Shown: positions 26,315-40,676, numbered from the whole stretch's first letter. The stretch is DNA of 62,187 bases, filler included, from Chiloscyllium plagiosum (GCF_004010195.1; 4 parts of one record of this genome joined end to end with filler, not necessarily neighbours in it); one strand, 5' to 3'. Notes: a model not told the origin generated them from the sequence alone. A program made the numbers and translations.

Positions 26315-26565
26315 CTCTGCCCTGAAGCTCACCTTCATCTCCTCCCCCACTCACCTATTGTACTCTATGCTACTTTCCCCCCACCCCCACTCTCCTCCAG
26401 CTTATCTCTCCACGCTTCAGGCTCTCTGCCTTTATTCCTGATGAAGGGCTTTTGCCCGAAACGTCGATTTTGCTGCTCGTCGGATGCTGCCTGAATTGCT
26501 GTGCTCTTCCAGCACCACTAATCCAGAATCTGGTTTCCAGCATCTGCAGTCATCGTTTTTACCTC
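26315..26565 (+). mobile_element. Penelope-like pLTR fragment
   Basis: cttatctctccacgcttcaggctctctgcctttattcctgatgaagggc...cagcatctgcagtcatcgtttttacc. Confidence 0.88.
26434..26469 (+). ncRNA. Minimal type-I hammerhead ribozyme motif (PLE-borne)
   Basis: CTGATGA-A-GGGC(TTTT)GCCC-GAAA-CG-TC core at 26438-26465; helix I is weak in this copy. Confidence 0.6.
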
Positions 26566-26720
26566 ATTAAATTCTTATTGGTCAAGAGAACAATTGATTT
26601 GATTTGATGTATTTATTACCATGTGCATTTTATTACAAAATACAATGAAAAGTGTTGTATAGTGTTTCCACTCTTCTGTGCCATCTTGAAACATAGAAAA
26701 ACTAAACTGAAACATAGAAT

Positions 26721-27007
26721 GGGCTGCACGGTGGCTCAGTGGTTAGCACTGCTGCCTCACAGCGCCAGGGACCTGGATTCAGGCCTGTGTGGAGTTTGCA
26801 CATTCTCCCTGTGTCTGCATAGGTTTCCTCCAAGCGCTCCGGTTTCGTCCCATAGTCCAAAGATGTGCAGTTTGGGTAGATTAGCTATGGGAATTGCAGG
26901 GTTACAGGGATAGTGTGGGTTGATGAGTCTGGGAGGGATGATCTTCAGAGAGTCGTGTGGATTTATTGGGCCAAATGGCCTATTTCCACACTGTAGGGAT
27001 TTTATGT
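26721..27007 (+). mobile_element. HE1/V-SINE-type SINE (internally deleted)
   Basis: gggctgcacggtggctcagtggttagcactgctgcctcacagcgccaggga..gtgtggagtttgcacattctcc. Confidence 0.88.
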
Positions 27008-28329
27008 AAGGCAGAAAACTAAACAAATAAGGGAAAACATGGTCAAGATGTGACTTGGTCAAGATGTTCCTTTGGAGTCAGGTATTTTCGTATTTTGAAT
27101 TTTTCTTGTACTTCAGTCAGTGTGGGCTGCATTGTATGTGGAGGCTTACATTTTTACGAAAGGAGGCGGGGTTGAGTGCATTTTTCTTCCTGTAATGGGG
27201 CTTGCATTTCTACAGAGCCATGAGGTGCATTGCCAAATTTTGACTTAAGTATCCAGTGCTCATTGCCAAAAAAAAATTGGATGTAGCTGCGTCAGCCCAG
27301 GATGGGTTACTCTGAGTGACAGTAATCACTCTATAACAGTAATTTGCACCAGATAATTTCATTATGCAAGTATTCAAAACAAATAATTAACTAATTTCAA
27401 AAAGCTTTGTAGGTTATGCTAAACTGTGTGGTTATCTTTTTCTTTTAAATTCAATTATGAGAGAAGAATATTTTGCAATTCAGCTGTCATTATTTCTAAT
27501 CATCATCTGTTTCAACTGAGAAAAGCTCTGGGAGCCATTGACTACATATTTATTCGCCAGTGCTTCATTTGCATTGATGTCTGGAATCTTTTCAAATGAA
27601 AATGAGCCTCAAATGATCCAGAGCAGGATGGCAAGGGCGGAATAATTGAGAGGTAAAAGACATGGGGATAGTGCTGAAAGCTAGTGGTGATGGGGAATGG
27701 GGATAACAACACAAGGGCACAAAGCAAAAGGAAAGGAAAGCTGCAAAAAGAAATAAGAAAGAAATCACAGGCCTGAATGTACAGTTAATTCATCACAGAA
27801 CTGAGGGAAAATGTAGCTTTGCAAAATGTGACCTCTACAGGTGAAACAAACTTAAGGAAAAGCTGAGACTAGTTATCTAAAGCATGTGTATTGAAATGTG
27901 AGAAAGAAAGAAGCATTTTAAATGCAAATTTGATTTCATTCTGCACTTAAATCTGCCTGGGTATTGTAAAGAAATATGCGTGCAATGGTGATATTTAAAG
28001 TGGTTTATTACAGCTTGATAGAGCTATCATTATTTCAGGTAATTTAGTCTGTCAATCACCAGCTTCATGTACAACAATTCATTTCTGGAATCTGGTTATT
28101 AAATGCATATGGGGTAATGTACAATGGTATATAGTGCTCAAGTTGTAGAAGTGCATCTTGTGTCTCTGTGCAACAGGCAAAACTATGGTTTTAGAGTATT
28201 TGATCTGTGTAACATTTACATAGTATGAAAAGAACATGGATAATAGCTGAATTGCTTTTATATCGAAAGCCTTAAGATGGAAAAAGACTTGGCTATCCTT
28301 TGCCTTTTTCATTAACTCTTGAGAAAGTT

Positions 28330-28990
28330 GATTGATTTTTATTGTTGTCACATGTTGTGATACAGTGAAAAGTGTTTTGCGTGCTTTGCAGGCAGATTGC
28401 ACCATACAGAATGCATCAGGGTAGCAGAACAGAGCATAGAATACAGTATAGTGTAACGCTGCAGAGAAGGTACAGAGAGAGATCCAAAGTAGCACTTGCA
28501 CAGTTCATTCAAAATCTGTTAACAACGGGAAAGAAACTATGCTTGAATGTGTTTGTATGTGTATGCAATCTTTTATATCTTCTGCCTGATGGAAGAGGTT
28601 AGACGAGAGAATAACTGGGGTGTGAGGGGTCTTTGATTATGTTGGTTGCTTTCCTGAGGCAGAGGGAAGTATAAATGGAGTCAATGGATAGGAGTCTGGT
28701 TTGCGTGATGGACTGAGCTATGTTCACAACTCTCTCTAGTTTCTTGTGATTTTCGGAAGAGTAGTTGCCATACCAAGCTGTGATGCAAACAGATAGGGTG
28801 CTTTCTATGGTGCATCCATAAAACTTGGTAAGAGTCATTGTGAACATGCCAAATTTCCTTAGCCTCCTAAGGAAGTAGAGACGTGTGTTTCCTTGACCGC
28901 CGCATTGTCCTGAGTGGACCAGGACAGATTGTTGGTGACCGTTACTCCCATGAACTTGATGCTTTTGACTATCTCCACCTCAGCACCTGC
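28330..28990 (-). mobile_element. Rex1/Babar LINE 3' fragment
   Basis: ORF 28599-28847 LTKFYGCTIESTLSVCITAWYGN..KKLERVVNIAQSI..NIIKDPSHP; tail ttttcactgtatc..catgtgacaac. Confidence 0.85.
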
Positions 28991-29499
28991 AGTGAAAATG
29001 TTGTGATTTTATTGATTTCAGAACTATGTGAGTGGGCATCATAGCAGCACACAATCAATGCAGTCTCTGCAGTCTGTTTGTATCAAAACATGGTATGGTG
29101 GCTGATACACCCTGAGGGTCGAGATCTTGGGATGTGAGGCGTGGGGTCTATTGAAAGGAATTTAGAATGTAGCCGCACTAATTCCACATGTTTCAGTGCA
29201 GAGCATTTGTAAAAATAAAGATTGTGTGAGACCTAACAACTACCCACCCTGTGAATCATGCTTAAATAGAAAAGCAGTAATCTCGATTGTTAGTGGTCTG
29301 AATGAATTCATGGACTTACTGAAGGACAGTGTGCGATCTCTTTATCTTTCTAAGTAGTATGATACTATGACAGTAATCCCACTGCAATGAATTGCAAAAA
29401 CCCCTTGCACTGCCTCAAATGTTTGGCACACTTAATGTGTTTCAAGTAGTGTCTCTGACATGGATGACATGAGAAATGGTGATTGTTATTTGCCTGAAG

Positions 29500-32200
29500 A
29501 CTATAAGACATAGGAGCAGAAATGGGTCATTTGGCTCATGGAGTCTGCTCTGCTTTTCGGCACAAGTTGGTACTGCAGATGCTGGAGATTAGAGTCCAGA
29601 TGAGAGTAGAGCTGGAAAAGCACAGCAGGTCAGGCAGCATCCGAGGAGCAGAAAAATTGACATTTTGGGGCAAAGCTCTTCATCAGGAATGAGATATTCT
29701 GCTATTCACTAAGATCATGGTTGATCTGATAATCCTCAACTTCACTTTCCCAACTTTTCCCCATAAACCTTGATTCCCTTTACTGATGAAAAGATCTGTC
29801 CACCTATGCCTTAAATATACTTAACAACCTCTCTACAGTCTTCTCTGTTAAAAATCCCACAGATTCATGACTCAGTGGGAGAAGACATTCCTCCTCATCT
29901 CCAACTTAACTGGGCAGCCCTTACTCTGTAATTTTATTCCGATTCTAGACTTGCCCACATCTCTCCACATCTACCCCTTTGAGTATTAAATGTTTTGACG
30001 AAGTTACCTCTCATTCATTTAAACTCCAATGAGAAAATGCCCAATCTACTCAGCCCTCCCTCATAATAAATTCCTCCATACCTGAAAACAACGTCGTAAA
30101 CCTTCTCTGGACTATCTACAATTCCAGTATATCTTCTCTTAGTTAAGAGAACCATAGTTGGACCACATATTAGATGTGGTCCAACTATGTCTTGTATAGT
30201 TTTAGCAAGACTTCTCTATTTTTATGCTCCATTCCTTTGGAAAATAATATTCCATTTGCATTCTGTATTACTTGATCAACTTGTATGCTAGTTTTTTCAG
30301 ATTTATGCATGAGGACTCCCAGATTCCTCTGTGTTGCAGATTGCTTTCATGAAATAATACTCAGCTCCTCTATTCTTCCCGCCAAAGTGCGCAACCTCAC
30401 ATTTTCCCACATTAAACTCCATCTATCAAGTTTTTCCCACTTGCCTAACTAGTAAATTGCGGGCATTGTCATCATTTGCCTTTCCACCATTTTTGTCATC
30501 TGCAAACTTGGTGATGGTGCATTCACTTTCCTAATCCAAATCATCAGTATACGTTGTGAATAATGTGGCCCCAGTGCCCATCCCTGTTGCACTCCACTAG
30601 TCACAGGTTGTAATCCTGAAATGTACCCCTTTTCCTAACTATCTGTTTTCTATTAGTTCGCAGATCTTCTATCCATACTAACATACTGCCCCCAGCACCA
30701 TGGACCCTTGGCTTATGAAGTAGCCAATTTTTGGTATCTTATTGAATGCCCTTTGAAATTTCCCTTTATCTATCCAAAGAATTCTAATAAATTTGCCAGG
30801 TGATTTCTTCTTAGAGGCATGCTGACTCTGCTTGATTATGCTATGTCTTTCTAAATACTCTGTTACATCCTTTATAATACTCTACCACCTTTCCAATGAG
30901 AGATGTTAAGCTATTTTTCTATCACCTGGGACTTTTCCAGAATCCAAGGATTCTTGGGAACATTGGTACCAGTACATTTCCTGTCTCTGTGGCTACTTCC
31001 TTTACTATCCAACATGCAACTCACTAGATCCAGGAGCCTTGTAGGCCTTTTGACCCGTTAGTTGCCTTAGTACTTTTTTTCCAGTGATAATTATTGTATT
31101 GACTTTCTGTATCCTTTTCCCCCCCTTTAATTATTTAGTGTTTTTGAAGACTGACTCAAAGTAATTAATACTACCTTTTCCTGGCAAACTCTTGACATTT
31201 CCCAGCCTCTATTTCTAAGGGGCCTATATTCACTTTGGCCTCTATCTTACTCAGTCATAGAGTCATTCACCACAGAAACAGACCCTTCAGTTCAAACAGT
31301 CCATGCTGACCATAATCTGAAAGTAAAGTAGTTCCACTTGTCTGCTTCTGGCCCATATCCCTCCAAACCTTTCCTGTTCATGTACTTACTCAAATGTCTT
31401 TTAAACATTGTAACTGTACCTACATCCACCCTCGGGAAGGTCAGTCCACACGTGATTCACCCTCTGTGTAAAATAAAATCGATGAGGCACAATGGCAAAG
31501 GCTGGATAGATTGGAACTCTTCTCACTGGATATATACTTGAATGTCCTGCTCTCTGCTTTGATATTACTTGCTAGTTTCCCCCCCCACCCACACACACAC
31601 ACACACACACATACATGTTACTTTCATTCTCTTTGTTAATTGTTTGGTCATTTTTTTGTTCCGTTTTCCCAATTCTCTGGCTTACCACTAATCTTGGCCA
31701 GATTGTATGCCTTCTCTTTCAATTTCATGCTATCTTTAACTTTATTAGCATATCATGGTTGACTTATTCCCTGCTTAGAATCCTCCTCCCTTACAGGGAT
31801 ACGTCTTTTGTTGTGAGTCATGCAATATTTTACTACATGTTTGCCATTGTGCCTCAGCAATCTTTTCTGCTAAACTCCTTTCTCAGATCACTCCAGCCAA
31901 CTTGAACCACATTCCTTTGTAAATACCCTTATTTACATTTCGCACTGTGGTTTTAAACACCTGTTGCTTATTGTCAAACTGAATAATGAATTCGACTGCG
32001 TTAAGATCTTTGTTTCCAAAGGCATGTCTACTTTGAGACCGTTTATTGAGCCTGCTTCATTAATATCACCTTATTAAAAATAACCAGATCCAAAATGGCC
32101 TGCTCCCGGGTTGGATCCACAAAATATTGCTCTAGGAAACTATCCCAAATACTGAATTCTTCAACAATTCTGCTTCTACCAATTTGATTTGCCCAATCTA
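29500..32200 (-). mobile_element. Degraded CR1 LINE with a nested PLE end (29560-29692) and a HER1 tail (31255-31470)
   Basis: ataagacataggagcaga tail; antisense RT motifs (gtcatctgcaaac = FADD); nested termini match copies elsewhere in the window. Confidence 0.75.
31590..31611. repeat. (CA)n microsatellite
   Basis: About 10 CA units. Confidence 0.9.
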
Positions 32201-33245
32201 CATAGAGTCATAGAGGTGTACAGCACAGAAACAGACCTTTGGCCCAACTGATCCACACTGACCAGATAACCTAACCTAATCTAGTCCTGTTTGCTAGCAC
32301 TTGGCCCATATCCCTCTGAACCCTTCCTATTCATATACTCATCCAGATGCCTCTTAAATGTTGTATTTGTACCAATCTCCTCCACTTCCTCTGGTAGCTT
32401 ATTCCATACACGCACCATTCTCTGTGTGAAAAAGTTGCCACTTCGGTCCCTTTTAAAATTTTCCCCTCTCACCCTAAACCTATGCCCTCTAGTTCTGGAC
32501 TCCCCCACCCCAGGGAAAATTTACCCTATACATGCCCCTCATGATTTTATGGACCTCTGAGGTCACTCCTCAGCCTCCGACACTCCCGGGAAAACAGTCC
32601 CAGTCTATTCAGACTCTTCCTGTAGCTCAAATCCTCCAACCCTGGCAATATCCTTGTAAATCTTTTCTGAACGCTTTCAGGTTTCACAACATCCTTCTGA
32701 TGGAAGGGAGAACAGAATTGCACACAACATTGCAAAAGTTGCCTAACCAATGTCCTGTATGGCCTCAACATGACCTCCCAACTCCAATTGGTTCTGACCA
32801 ATAAAGGAAAGCATACCAACTCCTGCCTTCACTATCCTATTTACCTGTGATTCTGCTTTCAAGGAGCTATGAATCTGCATTTCAAGGTTTCTTTATATTT
32901 TTTTCTTTATGGAGAGTCCTTGACACTGATCCAGTTCCCTCAGAGCCAGATCTAGAGTGAACAGAACCTCTGACAATCCTGTTCTTTCAAGGTTTCTTTA
33001 TTCTGCAACACTCCCCAGGATCTTTTTTCAATAATTGTATAAGTGCTGCTGTGATTTGCTTTTCCAACATGCAGCACTCTCATTTATCTAAATTAAACTC
33101 CATCTGTCACTCCTCAGCTCATTCTCCCTGTACTCCATGAGATCTAACTAGTCTACCATGAGGAATCTTATCGAACACTTTACTGAAGTCAATATAGATA
33201 ACATCCACTGCTCTGCTCTCCTCAATCCTCTTTGTTACTACTTCA
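32200..33245 (-). mobile_element. HER1/CR1 LINE 3' part with deletions
   Basis: ORFs 32281-32508, 32547-32819 and 33119-33307 carry CR1 RT and C-terminal motifs; catagagtcatagag tail. Confidence 0.9.
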
Positions 33246-33249
33246 GTAT

Positions 33250-36200
33250 TCTGTGGTATAGTCTTCAGGTGGCATAGTTGCAGGAGGAAGGTGGTAGTGT
33301 AAAACAAAGAGTTGCTTTTGCCATATTAATCAAGCGTTCAATCATTTGAATAACAAGGGATGGTATCAAAGGGTCCTCAAGTGGGGTCATAAGGGTAGAA
33401 CTTAGAATCAAAAAGGTGACAATCGCATTGTTAGGAGTAGACTATAGATCCCCAAACCAACAGAGATAAAAGGACATGTGTGAGCAAACCTCAAAAATGT
33501 AAAAATAATAGGGAATTTAGACTTTCCCCAGTTTGCACTGTGAGAGACAAATTGTGAAAGATTTAGTGGGGATGGAATTCTTAACATTGTATCGGGAGAG
33601 CTTTTGTAGCCAGAATACAGAAAGCCCTGCAAAACACAGGGAGGTGTTGTCCCTAATGTTAAGGAGTCCGAGGGTGAGCATTTGGGTGATAGTGATCATA
33701 TCTCAGTAAGATTTAAGATGGCTATGGAAAAGAAGAAAGATGGGTTAGGAGTAAAGGTTCTGGATTGAGGCAAGGCTGGTTTTTTTTGATATGGTGAGAC
33801 AGGATTTCATCATATGTGGAATGGGAGCAACTCCTTGTAGAAAAATCGACATCTGAGCTGTGGGAGTCATTCCAAAAGAAAATGTGCAGGATTGGATAAG
33901 GAAATAATAAAGATACGCTTGTGATAGATACCATGAGCCCAAACACTGGGTACCTGGAGGAGTACAGAAAATAGAAGGAGTTGTTAAAAATGGGGACAGG
34001 AGGATAACCAGAGAAAGTAGGGACAATTAGGGTGTGTGTGTGGAGCCTAAAGATGTAAATGAGATTTTAAATTGGTACTCCACATCTCCACTCATGATAG
34101 AGAAAAATGATCTATGTGCAGAAATCAGGGATATATTTATCAATATTATAATGATGAAAAAGTGGTGGATATTAGCAATTTTAGTTTGCTTAAAAGTGGA
34201 TAAATCCCCAGGTGCACATGAAATCTATCCCATGCTTCTCTGAGTCAGGGGAGGAGATTGTAGGAGCTCTGAAATGCATTTTCAAATCCTCTCTGGCCCC
34301 AGGAGAGGCGCCAGAGGACTGAGAGTATGGTAACATTATTCAAGAAGGATGGGAGGGCTATCTCAGGAAACCGTAGTCAGTGAATCACTCTCACTTGTGG
34401 TAGGGAATATTGGAAAAAAGTTCTTGGGGATAGAATTAATCTCTCCTAGGAGAGACCAAGATTAATCACAGGTGGTCAGCATGGCTTTCTATGCGGATGC
34501 CATGTCTAACAAATTTAGTTGATTGTTTCAAGGAGATGACTAGGTGTGCAGATGAGCATCAGAAAAGCTTCTGATGAGGTTTTGCCTTGGGCGACTGGTT
34601 AAGAAGCTAAGAGCCCAAAGGATTCAATGCACTTTGACAAATCAGAGCAAAGATTCTGGCAGGAGGCACAGGAAGATGGTCAGGGGTTATTTTTGTGACT
34701 GGGAGCTTCTATCTAGTGAGATACCACCGGGTTTGACACAGAGTGCTTTCCTGTTTGTTGTATGTTAATGATCTAGACTCCAATGATGGAGGTATGATTG
34801 AGTTTACAGGTGACAAATGTATAAGGTACTGTGAGACCACATTTGGAGTACCATGAGCATATTTGGTCCCTTTAATTAAAAAAAGGTATTGTTTCATTGA
34901 AGGGAGTGCAAAGAAGGTTCACTAGATGATTTCTGGTATTGAGGGATTGTCTTGCGAGCAAACGTTAAACAGTTTGGGACTCAACTCCCTGGAGTTTAGA
35001 AGAATGAGAGGTGATTTTCTTGAAATATAGAAGATTGACAGGGCAAATTCTGCAAAGATGTTTCCCTAATGGGAGAGTCTACAACCAGAGGACATAGTCT
35101 CAGAATAAAAGGATGTCATTTCAAGGGTGAAGTAAAGTGAAATTTCTTCTCTTAGAGGATTTAGCCTTTGGAACTCCTTACCATGGATAGCTGTGGGCGC
35201 AGAGTCCTTGTGTGTATTTAAAGCTTAGAGAGATGGATTCTTGACCATTAGGAGAATCAAAGATTATGGGGAAAAGACAGGAAAGTAAACTTGAGGGCTG
35301 TCAGATCAGCCATGATCCTATTGAGTAGTGGAGTAGGCTTAAGGGGCTGGATGCCTATTCCTGTTCCTATTTCTTATGGTCCTGTGGTCTTAAAAAATTG
35401 GTGCTATGATAATTAGCAAGGTGGAAAAGCTTAGACTACAGGACAGTCTAGATGGGCTGGTTAGATGGCAAACAGTAACAAGTGGAATATAATCCTGTAA
35501 AGTGTGACAGATGCATTTTGGGACGACTAAGAGAGATAGGACAGTGAAGAAGGTGTTTGATATGGTTTCCTTTATTGGTCAGTATTGAGTACAGGAGTTG
35601 GAGGTTATGTTGCAGCTGTACAGGACATTGGTTAGGCCACTTTTGGAATATTGCGTGCAATTCTGGATGTTGTGAAACCTGAAAGGGTTTAGAAAAGATT
35701 TACAAGGATGTTGCCAGGTTTGGAGGATTTGAGCTACAGGGAGAGGCTGGAACAGGCTGGGGCTGTTTTCCCTGGAGCTTTGGAGACTGAGGGTTGACTT
35801 TATTGAGGTTTATAAAATCATGAGGGGCATGAATAGGATAAATATACAAGGTCTTTTCCCTGGGATGGGGGAGTCCAGAACTAGATGGCATAGGTTTAGG
35901 GTGAGAGGGGAAAGATATAAAAGAGACCTAAGGGGAATGAGCTGCCAGAGGAAGCGGAGGAGGTTGGTATAATTGCAGCATTTAAAAGGCATCTGGATGG
36001 GTATATGAATAGGAAGGGTTTAGGAGGATATGGGCCAAGTGTTGGCAAATGGGACTAGATTAGGTTGGGATGTCTGGTCGACGTGAACGAGTTGGACCGA
36101 AGGGTCTGTTTCCGTGCTGTACATCTCTCTGATTCTAAGTAAATATACGTTGAATGTTAAAACACTATAAATTATAGAATATCAGACGGACCATGTCCAC

Positions 36201-36440
36201 AGATCCTTGAAGGCAGCAGATCAGGAAGATAAAGTGGTTTGGAAAGCATATGGGGAAACTTGCCTTTATTTGTTGAGATGTTGAATACAAGAGGAGTGAG
36301 GTCATTGTGGAGCTGGATGAAACATCAGTTAGGCTATGGCTGATCTAGTGTGTGTTGGTGCAGTGTAGGAGGAATGTGATTGTCTGGGGGAGGGTGCAGA
36401 ATAGTTTCACGAAGATGTTACCTGGAATAGCTAGAGTTTG
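33250..36440 (+). mobile_element. Old CR1 LINE with two younger CR1 3' ends nested (about 34830-35392 and 35540-36138)
   Basis: LKVDKSPGAHEIYPMLL and QHGF-like remnants; two distinct 3'UTR tails (cctatttcttatggtc; ctgtacatctctctgattct). Confidence 0.8.
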
Positions 36441-36459
36441 CAAAAGGATTTTGATTTAT

Positions 36460-37255
36460 TTTTTAAGCACGATTGACAACGCCTCAGATATTGAAGCCGT
36501 TCAAGTTCAAATGCAACAAGACCTGGATAATATCCAGGCTTGTGCTGGCAAGTAACATTAACAGCACACAAATACCAGCAAGGATTAACTCCAGTAAGAG
36601 ACTATTTAACCACTGCCCCTTGACATTCAATGGAATTATCATTAGTGAAACCCTCACAATCAATCTCCTTGAGGTTTACCACTGACTGGACACTCAACTG
36701 AACAATTACAGTTGCTATGAGAGCAGATCAGAGGCCAGGAATACTGTGGCAAGTAATTCCCCTCCTGACTCCCTAAAACCTGTCCATCATCTGCAAGGCA
36801 CAAATCAGAAATGTGATGGAATACTCCTCACTTGTCAGGAGGCGTACAGTGCAACAACACTCAAGAAGCTCGACAAACTCCAGGACGAAGCAGCCTGCTT
36901 GATTGGCACCACATCGGCAAGCATCCACTCCTTCCACTATCGGCGCTCAGTAGTCAGCAGTATGTGCTATCTACACTACAGAAGGTCACCAAAGATCCTT
37001 AGACAACACCTTCCAAATTCACAACCACTCCCATCTGGATAGACAAGGGCAATAGGTACATAGGGCCACCACACCTGCAAGTTCCCTTCAAGCCACTCAC
37101 AATCTTGAAATATATCATTGTTCCTTCAGTGTCACTGGGCCAAGATCCTGGTGGAAGGCAGCTCACCACCTTTTCAAGGGCAATGAAGGATGAACATTGA
37201 AAGCTAGCCAGCCAGTGATGCCATCTATATCCTGCAAGTGAATTTAAATAAAAAG
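36460..37255 (+). mobile_element. CR1/L2-group LINE 3' part
   Basis: MQQDLDNIQA and TTLKKLDKLQDEAACLIG remnants; 3' tail gggcaat..gatg..aaagctagccagccagtgatgcc. Confidence 0.75.
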
Positions 37256-37654
37256 GTTTTGGATTCAAAGCATACTAAAATTCGTCAAATCTACAGTGTG
37301 ATATCCAAGGAATTAGTTCAGAAATGGCAGGTAGAGTATGAAGTGGACATATTAGAAACAATTTGTTATGAAATGTAAATACTGCACTTGGAAAAGAACA
37401 ATTGATGAAAGACTTGTGCATGAGTGATTTTGAAATCACTAATGAAGTTGAAGGGGAAGTATGAGGTTTAGTAGATTCAACATTTAACCTATCCAGCCAC
37501 GCAGAGCAATAATAAGAACATTACAGGAAGTCACAACTATATTTGCAGACAACCTGCACTTTTAAATATTGTCTTTAATTCTGACCAAGAAGAAATAAGA
37601 CAGGCATTTGGGACAGAGTTCTGTAGTGCAGATCAACGAGATTGATCCCTCGTG

Positions 37655-37868
37655 ATAGGAGAAAGTGAGGACTGCAGGTACTGGAGATCAGAGTCGAGAG
37701 TGTGGTGCTGGAAAAGCACAGCAGGTCAGGCAGCATCCAAGGAGCAGGAGAATCGACGTTTCGGGCATAAACTCTTCATCAGGAATGAAGGGCTTATGCC
37801 CAAAATCTCGATTCTCCTGCTCATCGGATGCTGCCTGACCTGCTGTGCTTTTCGAGCACCACACTCTC
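37655..37868. mobile_element. Fold-back (inverted-repeat) PLE-terminus insertion, 15-bp TSD
   Basis: Antisense arm then sense arm of the pLTR end; TSD gattgat(c/t)cctcgtg at 37640-37654 and 37869-37883. Confidence 0.88.
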
Positions 37869-39289
37869 GATTGATTCCTCGTGGTGAAAAGTTTTGTTAT
37901 ATTAAGAAAAACTGTGCACAGACCAATCTAGAAAGATAATTAAAGTTGGAAGAATGTTTCTACAAAGCTAACTTCTCAGAAACTGCCCTGGGTGCTGTGA
38001 TGCAAAAAGCCCAGTTACACAGAAATTGTACATTGAGAATGTTATTAGATTACAGAAAAGAACTGCTTACATCCAGTAGGTAAAGAATTTACTGAAGAGG
38101 GATGCAATTCTGAAGGCTTTAGACTAATAGATAGGGGTACACAGCCTTCTCTGTCATAATGCATTTTTATAATAATGAGAGAAAGTAAAATAAAAGCAAA
38201 AGATGTTGGAAGTGTGAAATAATAAGTGTTGAAAAATTCAACAGGTCTGTCAGATCTGGAAAGAGAAATAGATTTGATGTTTTAAGTCTGATGTGACTTC
38301 AGAAATCGGGATAAAATATGATCTCATTGGCGTATGTTCGTTCACCTGGATTGATAACTTTCCACTTGTCTTTGGCAGTATATAGTTCCAATTGTCCTCT
38401 ATCCCAGAGTAGCAATAGCTTGTTGACGCTAAAGTATAGTTTGGCTCGAAGCAGAAAATGGTGGAAATACTCAGTAGGTCAGGCAACAACTGTGGAGAGC
38501 GAAACAGAGTTAACCTGCCTTCTGTTCATTCGTCCACCAAGACTATAGGTTTAAAGTTCTGTTTCTCGTGTTCAGATCTTCAATTCTAGTCTTGTGCTTT
38601 TTCAATTATTGCCCCATAAAATTGGCTGTGCTCCCAGAGGTCTCGACACTAAAGTCTAGAATACCACCTATAACTTCTCTGCCTATCTACTTTATCTTTG
38701 CCTCGTGTAAAAGGTTTATTCACACTTATGTTGATTTGACCAATCTTTTGGTTATTTGATCTATTTTCCTTTATGTAGCTCAGTAACAAATTTTGTCTGA
38801 TTATTGTTCCTGTGAAATGCCTTTCAACATTTTACTGCATTGAAGGTGATGATTATGATTTTGTAGTGATCTTGCAGCTTTAAAAATGTTGGGTGGATAC
38901 TAATTAGTGTTATTTTTAAAGAAATCATTGCAAGGAATAATGCAAAAACACAATGCAGATTCAAGTTTTTATATTGTCATGAATATTCTTTGTGTGATCT
39001 TCTGAAGCAACCTGTTTTACAAATTTGCATTTTGTGACTAAATGTCTTGTACAGTAATTACATTTTTTTTATAATGTGGCTTGTGAAAGAATGACCATGA
39101 ATGAAAAGCAGCCTCTATATTAGATGGAGGTATTGTGTATACAACAGTATGTTGGTATTTAATCTAATGTTAATCTAATGCCATTTATGATACATTGGAA
39201 TGTTTTGAATTCATTTTAATTCAAAGGTTTTACCATCGCAAGCAAGGTAAACGGTACCCAACCTGTGCACACTTGCAAAACCCAGACTT

Positions 39290-40200
39290 GTTCATGGTGG
39301 CACATGGGCATTGCTGGCTGGCTAGCATTTATTCGCCATTCCCAGTTGTCCTTGAGAAGGTGATGAGCTGCTGGCTTAAATCGCAGTAGTCCACAATGCC
39401 TTTAGGGAGGGTATTCCAGGAATTTGACCCAGTGACGGTAAAGGATCATTGATGTATTTCCAAGTCAGGATGCTGAGTAGCTTCAAGGGGAATTTGCAGG
39501 CGGTGGTTTTACCATGAATCTGCTGCCCTTGTCATTCTAGATGGAAATGGTTGTGGGTTTGGAAGGTGCTGTCTTAGGATCTTTGGTGAATTCTGCGGTG
39601 CATCTTGTAGATTGTACACGCTGCTGCCACTTGTTACATTTGAATATGGCAAAAGTGAGGACTGCAGATGCTGGAGATCAGAGTCTAGATTAGAGTGGTG
39701 CTGGAAAAGCACAGCAGGTCAGGCAGCATCCAAGGAGCAGGAAAATCGATGTTTTGGACAAAAGCCCTTCATCAGGAATGGATGAAGGGCTTTTGCACGA
39801 AACATCAATTTTCCTGCTCCTCAGATGCTGCCTGACCTGCTGTGCTTTTCCACCACCACTCTAATCTATACATTTGAATATGGACTGCTTCAGCATATGA
39901 AGAGTTATAAATCACTCTGTACAGTCATCGGAGAAATTCCCCACTTCTGACCTTACGATAGCGGAAAAGTCATTGAAGCAGCTGAAGGTGGTTGGACCTA
40001 GGACACTACCCGGAGAAACTCCTGCAGTGATATTGTGGAGCTGAGATGACTGACCTTCAATAACAAGCATCTTCCTATGTGCCAAGTGTGACTCCAACAT
40101 TTGCCCCCTTTTGTTAGGGCTCCTTGATGCTACACTTTGTTAAATGCAACTTCAGTTTCAAGGGCTGTCGTTCTAAACTCAACTCCGGAATTCTGGCATT
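39290..40200 (-). mobile_element. CR1/L2-group LINE (same family as 36460-37255) hosting a fold-back element
   Basis: GVSPGSVLGPTTFSCFND..VRSEVGNFSDDCT RT motif (ORF 39912-40100). Confidence 0.8.
39650..39868. mobile_element. Fold-back PLE-terminus insertion, perfect 15-bp TSD
   Basis: TSD tacatttgaatatgg at 39635-39649 and 39869-39883; axis at cttcatcaggaatggatgaag. Confidence 0.9.
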
Positions 40201-40527
40201 CTGAAGTTTCCACAGTGGTGATATTAGTACATTAATTCTGAAGGAACTGTAGCCACAGAGCACAGCTGCCTAACCTGATTGGACAGGAAATCTCTAATCC
40301 CTGTTTTAGAATCAAGTTAGCACATTGTTCAATTATTAATGTTAGTTCATGCCTTAGATCAGCTCTTTGCTTTTATTAATTCACTTCATATTATATTTAC
40401 CACAAAACATTTTCTTGATTTCCTGTCTCCTAATTTAAATAAATGTTATGATTTAGGGAGAGAAAAGGAAAAGTATACTCAAATAATAGATGTCATTCTG
40501 TGATTGGTCAATATTTACCAAATATTG

Positions 40528-40676
40528 GATTAGTGGTGCTGGAAGAGCACAGCAGTTCAGGCAGCATCCGAGGAGCAGTACTGCTTCTCGGATGCTGCCT
40601 GAACTGCTGTGCTCTTCCACACCACTAATCCAAAATCTGGTTTCCAGCATCTGCAGTCATTGTTTTTACCTAGTTG
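40528..40676. mobile_element. Fold-back PLE-terminus insertion, perfect 15-bp TSD
   Basis: TSD atttaccaaatattg at 40513-40527 and 40677-40691; axis at gaggagcagtactgcttctc. Confidence 0.9.
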
